DNA of 56,925 bases, the filler included, from Squatina squatina (Eukaryota): assembly GCA_031763465.1 (NCBI GenBank). It is 3 parts of 3 records of this genome, joined end to end, with 100 filler letters (N's around TTAATTAATTAA, not from the genome) between each part and the next. Parts side by side here need not be neighbours in the genome. Positions count along the whole stretch, not along the records: positions 31,288 to 56,925 come from JARFOE010000234.1; 2 more parts are not named here. One strand, written 5' to 3'. Position numbers and translations under genes: made by a program. A model generated the notes under the pieces. It saw only the letters and a program-made list of their open reading frames with translations, was not told the origin of the DNA and searched no databases. This document shows positions 49,603 through 56,925 of the stretch, in pieces (within the stretch, counting starts at the first letter, position 1; each line of letters starts with the position of its first letter).

Positions 49603-52194
49603 CNNNNNNNNNNNNNNNNNNNNNNNNNNNNNNNNNNNNNNNNNNNNNNNNNNNNNNNNNNNNNNNNNNNNNNNNNNNNNNNNNNNNNNNNNNNNNNNNN
49701 NNNGGGGCTACTGAATTTCACTCCCTAAATGTTTTGGCATTTTCCATTTTAATTGGTAACTGAATTCCTACGTAATCATGCGGAATGGGACGTATCGAGA
49801 GTTGCAAGAGTGCTGTTTAATAGTCTTTTTTTTCCTACATACTTCAAACTGAAAGAAATAGTACTTCAGTGATTTTGCTGAGCACCAAAGCCATATCAAA
49901 GCCTTAACCTCCATAAATTAGTAATGCGTTGTATATATAAATCAGTGCTCCAGGGTCTCTGGGAGAGATTGGATTTTCTCACTTGGGATTATTATCTTGC
50001 CCATCAGATGCATTTTATCACACGGTACCTTCCTCCAAAATGAATATGAGCAAGTCTGTATTCAAAGGGAAAAAGCTGTGAAAAATTCATAGTGTTCAGC
50101 AATGAAATGATCACCTTATTAAAGCAATATGTTGATAATGTGACTAATTTAAACAGAACGCAGCAGAAGTGACAATGAGACATACAAGACTTATATTGGA
50201 GCTGAAATCGGAAATGAGCCCTGTCTTTTTTATATAACCTGCTCCATTGGGGATTTGCAGCATTGACTTAAGCTGTCGGCTCGGTGTATTGTGTTTGTGA
50301 AAAATCTTGTGGTTTATTTTGACTATTTATAAGTTAATTTATTTGAAAAAAATAACTGGCAATTTAAACTAACTTGGATTTAATAGTTGTGTGTGAAAGT
50401 AGTATTCTTCTCTTGTGTGTTTGTCTCTCTCTTCATATCTGTGTGTGCACACAAACTATAATTACATATGGATGGGAGAAAATACAATTGAGTTTGTTTA
50501 AACAGCTGTTTTAATGCTGGTAATGTGACATTTACCTGCTACTAATTATAACAAAATTCCTATAAATTCTCTTACAATCTGGATTCGCGCTGGCATTGAT
50601 TTTAGTAGTCATACATTGGTAACCGGTTTGTGAAATGAACAGTGAAATGTGTTTAATGACCACAGGGATCCTGAGGGTTATGTTTAGTAGATGTGACGTC
50701 ATCTCCTTCCATTTCTTGCACCTGTGAAAGAGCTTGNNNNNNNNNNNNNNNNNNNNNNNNNNNNNNNNNNNNNNNNNNNNNNNNNNNNNNNNNNNNNNNN
50801 NNNNNNNNNNNNNNNNNNNNNNNNNNNNNNNNNNNNAAATTGTACTACAGTGTGAATGTTTTGCTGAGCACATTCCTATGCTTAGTCAAGTTATTTTAAG
50901 CACTGAGGAATTGGATAAACAATTGCTCTCTCTGATTATTTCATAAAAGAATTACTGGTTATTTTTCTTGGCTTCAGTTTTAAAGTATATGAGGTGCGGA
51001 ACTGAGCAATGAAGTAAAAGGAAATCTGCAAATTCACCTCTTAAATTTGGTTTTGAATCTAGTCCAGAATCATGTGTCTGTGCTCCCTAATAACTGTGCC
51101 ACATCATGCATATGGCGTGAAGAATAAAACTGCTGATAAATTGGCATAAGTTAGAAGTCTCATTCAGAAGGGCTATGTGCCTGGCTTATGTAGGAAAGGT
51201 AAAAAATAAATTGATGGAATGGGGATCTGAGATTGAGACGAAGCACAATGTTCGGGCAGAGTTAATGGAAGCATCACTGTGCTATACATGAGCTGGGAAT
51301 GCTTGTTGCTGGCAGTGGATATTCTATTTTCCGGTGTTAAGGTCCATCATTTTGAAGAGCACCAAGATATTTACCTTTTTTGCATCTCCAACTTTCGATC
51401 CAGTCTTCTGCCCCAGCGAGAGAATTTTAAGAAATAATTAAGTGAAAATTGAGCCCTTTTTTTTACATAGTAATAAGTAATATTTTTCTTGAAACAGTGA
51501 AACCATTATTAAGAATTTTCATTCACTTTAATGCCATTCTGTTTTAAATAAATAGGCACATGTGCTCTGATAAAGTATGAAACTGGCTCCAACATTTAAA
51601 AGAAAATCAGTCTGTTGGCTCAAGTACTGGAGGTGCCAGGACTGCAATGTAAATCTAAAGCAGTATAAATATGGCGAGTCTTGGAAAATTATGCATTCAT
51701 TCATAACAAAGAAGGAAGAAGACACGTTGGTGATAGACTGGAGAAGCCTTTTTAACCTCACCAGTATTACCTGATAAGTCTGATTCTGTTGAATTTGAGA
51801 CCCAGCCACAGGTATACTTTTAACACATAGAAGTGAAGATGAGCCACATAGGATTTATGTTTGCATTTCAACTTGTGTTAATCCATATTCAAATTGGGCA
51901 ATAAGAGGAAATGAACATGTTAACAAAAATACTTACAAATGTCTCTTTTTTGAAGGCGTATCGATAATAACGCTCAATTATTGAGAACAAGGTCTCAAAG
52001 TTCCTTGATAGCTCAGTTGGTAAAGGCAGCATATAACTGAGCTGCTAATATGATAAACCGTCCCAAGGCGCTTCACAGGAGTGTTAACAAATAANNNNNN
52101 NNNNNNNNNNNNNNNNNNNNNNNNNNNNNNNNNNNNNNNNNNNNNNNNNNNNNNNNNNNNNNNNNNNNNNNNNNNNNNNNNNNNNNNNNNNNNN

Positions 52195-52365
52195 GTCATC
52201 AGCAGATAGCCCTTGTTGCTAAGTAGCCACCCTTTGGTTTGCTGTGGTGGCTGAAATGCAGCTGGCACAGAATTAAGGCATCATGACTGCTGCCAGGATA
52301 CTGGGCATTGACTTGCATGATTTGCTGCCAATGGTTGCACACCAGCTGGGTGTTGAGTGTTCCGG
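52195..52365 (-). mobile_element. PIF/Harbinger DDE transposase remnant
   Basis: LNTQLVCNHWQQIMQVNAQYPGSSHDALIL and GWLLSNKGYLL correspond to the PGSxHD and GDxGY motifs. Confidence 0.85.
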
Positions 52366-52870
52366 TATAGAGTAGTGCTAACGTCGTGATCTGCCTGCTC
52401 GGCATACTTCTGGCTGATGCTTACTGCGTGCGTGCTGATACTCTCACCAATATGGCATCTGATGCGATTCGCCCCACAAGTGTAAGAGTGACGTGGGCGT
52501 CAATTTGGACCTCGAAGGGCACTCATAGCACACAAAAAAAGGGCACTATGAATCTGAATTTTGCACCCGGTATCTAATAGGTGCTTCATACATGTAGTCG
52601 AGCTGCAGGTTTAGATTGTGGCATATTTAGAATGTGTCATCACTATTGATATAGTTAGGGAAACACATTGCTGAAACGAATAATGCTGAAAAAGTTGTTT
52701 TGTTTTTTAATTGGCATATTACTGATCTGGTCAATCAATAAAAATGTTAAAAGTATCATTAACTTCTCAATAATTATTTCAAAATTACTTATTTATTGAG
52801 AAATTCTACTTATTAGTGAGATGCATTTTTTAAAAAAATATTTGATTTTAGCTCCATGATGACTTTTAAT

Positions 52871-52930
52871 AATGGGGAGAGGGAAGAAAGACTGCATTTA
52901 AATGGGGAGAGGGAAGAAAGACTGCATTTA
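52871..52930. repeat. Perfect 30-bp tandem duplication
   Basis: AATGGGGAGAGGGAAGAAAGACTGCATTTA x2. Confidence 0.95.
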
Positions 52931-55129
52931 AAAAACCGGAAGTATTAATCCTTGATGCTCGGTAATGGAAGGTTGTAATTTGACGATGCGACATGGTGCA
53001 TTGAATAAGGAAAATATATTAACCAAGACCTATCATAGATCTTTTTTAATGGGTGGAAAAAATATCAATGCCATTAGTTCCAGGCCAATCTCTTTTCCCA
53101 TTCTCAAAGCTTTAGTGCATAACTTATAAATCTCCTTTCATCAGCTNNNNNNNNNNGCCCAAAGACTGAATGTCATTGAAGGTGGAACAGGCAATCAAAT
53201 TATTACAAATTCCTGGGTGAAAGATAATGGACTTGGATAATGTGATCAGTTGTGATTTTCGGTGCCCTTGCGTCATTGGACGCACTTAGTATGCCTAAAG
53301 GAACTTAAATTAATTTTATTTTTACTCTTAAATTAACAACTGACCTTATCATTATTTGTGTAACTGTACATTTTTTTCTTCCAAAATTTTCTGACTAAAT
53401 ATTTTTTTGACTAACATTTATTTAGACTTCTGATGGTCTCGGATTCCGATCCAAGTTTTGTCTTTATTTGCATTTTATTACAAAATCTTGAAAACATTAA
53501 TTAAATGGTGCTTCTTTTAGAATATTAATAAATCCTAATGTAATATTTTTCAAGCCGCAAAACATTAGGTGTCATTTCCTGTTTGTATGCAGATAAAAAG
53601 TCTTGCATCTAGCATGCCTGTTGCACGTTGAAGTGTCCCAGACGTCAAGTTATGTCACATTTGCACCTAATCTGTAAAACAGCAGCAAATCACGACTGAA
53701 CGGAGAAGAACTGGCAACAAACAAATATCATCTTAATAAAAGCAAATTTTTTGAAGAGCTTTCCTAAGTAACAGTCAACCTTTAATTCTTCTCAGTATGT
53801 GTTTACTTATAGCACTTGGGTCACATAGAGTCGTTGAGTTGGTGCAATATCAGTTTTTTGTTCTGATCAGTTAGACTTTGTGGCTTTAAAGGGAGCAGCC
53901 AGCTGCACACACCTTTTCTCAGGGCTGTCCCTTTGGGCCTATGCTATGATGATGTGAAAGCTTTGTATTCATTTGTGTGTTCCTTGGTGTAATGCTCTTG
54001 TCACTTCCTCTGACTTGTCATTATAAACACCATGGGAGAATCAATGTTGGCAATTTAAAAAACAATCTTATTTAATCTTCCTTTGGTTTGCCTGCAGTTT
54101 AATTCCCAGCATGAAGAAGCACTTTGTGTTTCATGTTGGACATATTAGAAGTTTTTTTCTCATTTTCAGTGCATTAGTGAAGTACTCAACTGATCAGAGT
54201 CCAGCTGAAAAGCTCGACCTCCTTTGGTGAATCACACACCTTGTTTTTGTGAATGTTGTGAAAAATTGCTTGTGAAATCATGATGTTGTTTGCTAATTTC
54301 GAGGTGGTTCCAAGCATGATGAAAATAGTTTGTGTAATATTCTATAATGTCAGATCTGACAGCCAAATGGACAGTGGCTCTTAATCCTTTGTGCATTCTT
54401 TTTTGGTACAAGTCAAATGTGTTGGAAAAGTGCGATCCCCAAATATGTACTGAAGTACAGTTTCACAAGAGATGAAAAGAATTTGGAGTGCGACAATCTG
54501 TCCCTTTGGTAATTGAAGTACACAATATATATTGTCTTGTTTCCTTCCCTGATACATCTGCGTTGTAGAATTATTTAAAAACAAGAGTTGAATACTTTCT
54601 TTAAAATAAGGGGAAAATTTACTGTTTGTTCACATACTACCACCTGTGTTGTTGCTCTCAACATTCAGCACATTTTCACACAGAAGTAGAAAGCATGATT
54701 GTGCTGCCAAATGTGCCATTGCGAAAAGAAAGTTAGATTTTTGCACTGTNNNNNNNNNNNNNNNNNNNNNNNNNNNNNNNNNNNNNNNNNNNNNNNNNNN
54801 NNNNNNNNNNNNNNNNNNNNNNNNNNNNNNNNNNNNNNNNNNNNNNNNNTTTGAAAATAGACAAGCTGGTAAATATTAGTGCAGCCGGCTGTCCATCTCG
54901 AACAAACAGTCCGTCCTTGTACAGCAATTTGTTACCTCAATAATTTGAAAACATTTTATCAGATTTTCACCAAACTTGCTGAGATCATCTTCTCAGACAT
55001 TTGGTTCCTTTAAACGATGATATTTATCGAGCCCTACCGATATCTTGCTGTAAAACTTTGACAAGAGACTTTATGTTGTCCAAATTGAAATGTCTTTTTA
55101 AAAAAAAAAGAAGCATTGGCAACTGTGCG

Positions 55130-55220
55130 TGTGTGAGGGAGCAAGGTACAGATCCACCATGATCTAACTGAATGGTGAAACAGGCTTTGAGGGGCTGAAT
55201 GGTGTACTAATGTTGCTATG
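55130..55220 (+). mobile_element. CR1 3' end remnant
   Basis: CAGATCCACCATGATCTAACTGAATGGTGAAACAGGCTTTGAGGGGCTGAATGG. Confidence 0.7.
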
Positions 55221-56925
55221 TTTCTAACTGAACATTCACCCTCCCCTGCTCCCGCTCACTTCCCCTGCTCCCGCTCACTTCCCCTNNNNNNNNNNACTCT
55301 AAGTTCTCTGCTCCCTTTCCTTTTCTCCTTCCAACCCTTCATATCTATTTTCCTCAAAGAGGTTTTCTCTTCTTTAAAAATTCAAAGAATTCAAATTAGA
55401 ATGAGGAGAGATTCTGCCTGTCTGCATTTTGTCTCTATTTCTGTCTTTCTCTCCATCTTTTTGCCGGTCTTTGTCTCTCTCACAAACAGGTGTTAGAAAC
55501 TAGAATCTCTGTCTTAGACATGTAAATCATCAGCATTGACCATAAGAAATAGGAACAGGNNNNNNNNNNNNNNNNNNNNNNNNNNNNNNNNNNNNNNNNN
55601 NNNNNNNNNNNNNNNNNNNNNNNNNNNNNNNNNNNNNNNNNNNNNNNNNNNNNNNNNNNTAGGGATTGGTTGGGCCTGCAATCAAGGAAGAAGCAGATGG
55701 CGCTCAGGACACCCATTGGATGTCCATGTCGAAAAGGAGACTGTCGGAGCCTGGAAATTGTTCAAGTGGGAAGACAGTGGACAAGGGGAGAAAAAATAGA
55801 GTTGAGACAGGAAGAAATCAGTTTCGTGGAACAAGAACAAGCTGGAATTGCCACTGTATCTTGATTCTAATGGGACTTGGGCCTGACTCATAATGACTTG
55901 ATTGCAGATCAGTTATCTGGATTTAGCAGGCAGTGGGAAATTGCTTCTTTCGGACATCTTCCATTAAGCTCTACAGATTCCCTCCAGGCTGTTTATTATA
56001 AATGTACTGTGTGCAGTGTTTTTTTTATTCCTTAAAAATCATTTTCTGCCTGCCGCCACATGGCACTCAGTGCCACATAAGCATTTTGGAAAGACAGCCT
56101 GAGGTTGTTTAAGAAATGAAACCCATTGTGTTGCACGAAGGTGCTATACTGTACCTACATNNNNNNNNNNNNNNNNNNNNNNNNNNNNNNNNNNNNNNNN
56201 NNNNNNNNNNNNNNNNNNNNNNNNNNNNNNNNNNNNNNNNNNNNNNNNNNNNNNNNNNNNNNNNNNNNNNNNNNNNNNNNNNNNNNNNNNNNNNNGATAG
56301 GCCAAATGGCCCATTCCTGTTCCTGTGTTCCAAATCATCTCTGATCTGCCTGATACATGTGATCTGTATGTACTGTGCATATGTCTGTAATTATTGTTCA
56401 ATTGCCCTTGCTCATGTGGACAGATTTTTGTTAGCTGTGTAAACATTCTAATTAAAAATCGCTGCTCAGAATCCATCAACTGTTAATCAGTTTCTGGGAA
56501 TGCATAGCAGTTCTGGATATCAATTCCAAATAATTACTTTGGGATTTATCATTATTGCCTTTAGATTAAAGGTATTAAAACTCCATTTTCTCACAAATCA
56601 AAATTTTATGAAATACACAAAATTCAATAATTGTAAATGTGATTTTACTTTTTTTGTGGATATGCAGTGTTGCAATGGACACAATATATCATCTAAAATC
56701 TATCAAACCAACTGCTGAAACACTTTGAAGGCAGTAAAAAAAAAGTCAATTTAGGCAACTTTAGATGTCTTTCTAAAATCAAATCAGAATTTTAATTTCT
56801 TTTTGTTAATTTATTTAATTTCTCCAAATTTATTTATTGTATTATTTAATTCAGTTTTTATTTAAACTTTTGCTGGAATCCAGCTGTTCAACAAAAACAC
56901 CTGAATTGTTTCGCAAATTGTACTC

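Noticed and set aside
49870-50880. TTTGCTGAGCAC (FAEH) matches as further FBXL17 exons
   Set aside because: Flanking residues and splice sites do not match the expected VTDQSVKAFAEHCPEL exon.

Overview
Vertebrate genomic DNA, most likely a cartilaginous fish (inferred from the CR1, RTE, Deu-SINE and Harbinger repeat content), from a heavily gapped draft assembly. Most gaps are arbitrary 100-N joins. Two artificial N44-TTAATTAATTAA-N44 linkers (17779-17878, 31188-31287) split the window into three segments that need not be adjacent in the genome. Segment 1 (1-17778) holds an ACTRT3-like actin-related gene chimerically joined to a muscle alpha-actin fragment, the last exon of an EEF1AKMT3/METTL21B-like methyltransferase, a decayed RTE LINE, and the promoter region and first coding exon of MECOM (MDS1 exon, MRSKGRARKLAT). 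ACTRT3 and MECOM flank TERC in human, but no TERC is visible here. Segment 2 (17879-31187) is gap-free and almost all repeats. Its main feature is a ~3.7 kb tandem array of a ~43-bp unit equal to the 3' terminus of a CR1 LINE, with higher-order structure and an inverted second block; it also has nested CR1s, minisatellites and Harbinger remnants. Segment 3 (31288-56925) holds six FER tyrosine kinase exons or exon fragments (- strand) and one FBXL17 exon (+ strand) in the human-like divergent arrangement. No prokaryotic-type system is present. Gene and family calls come from recalled sequence similarity, not database searches.
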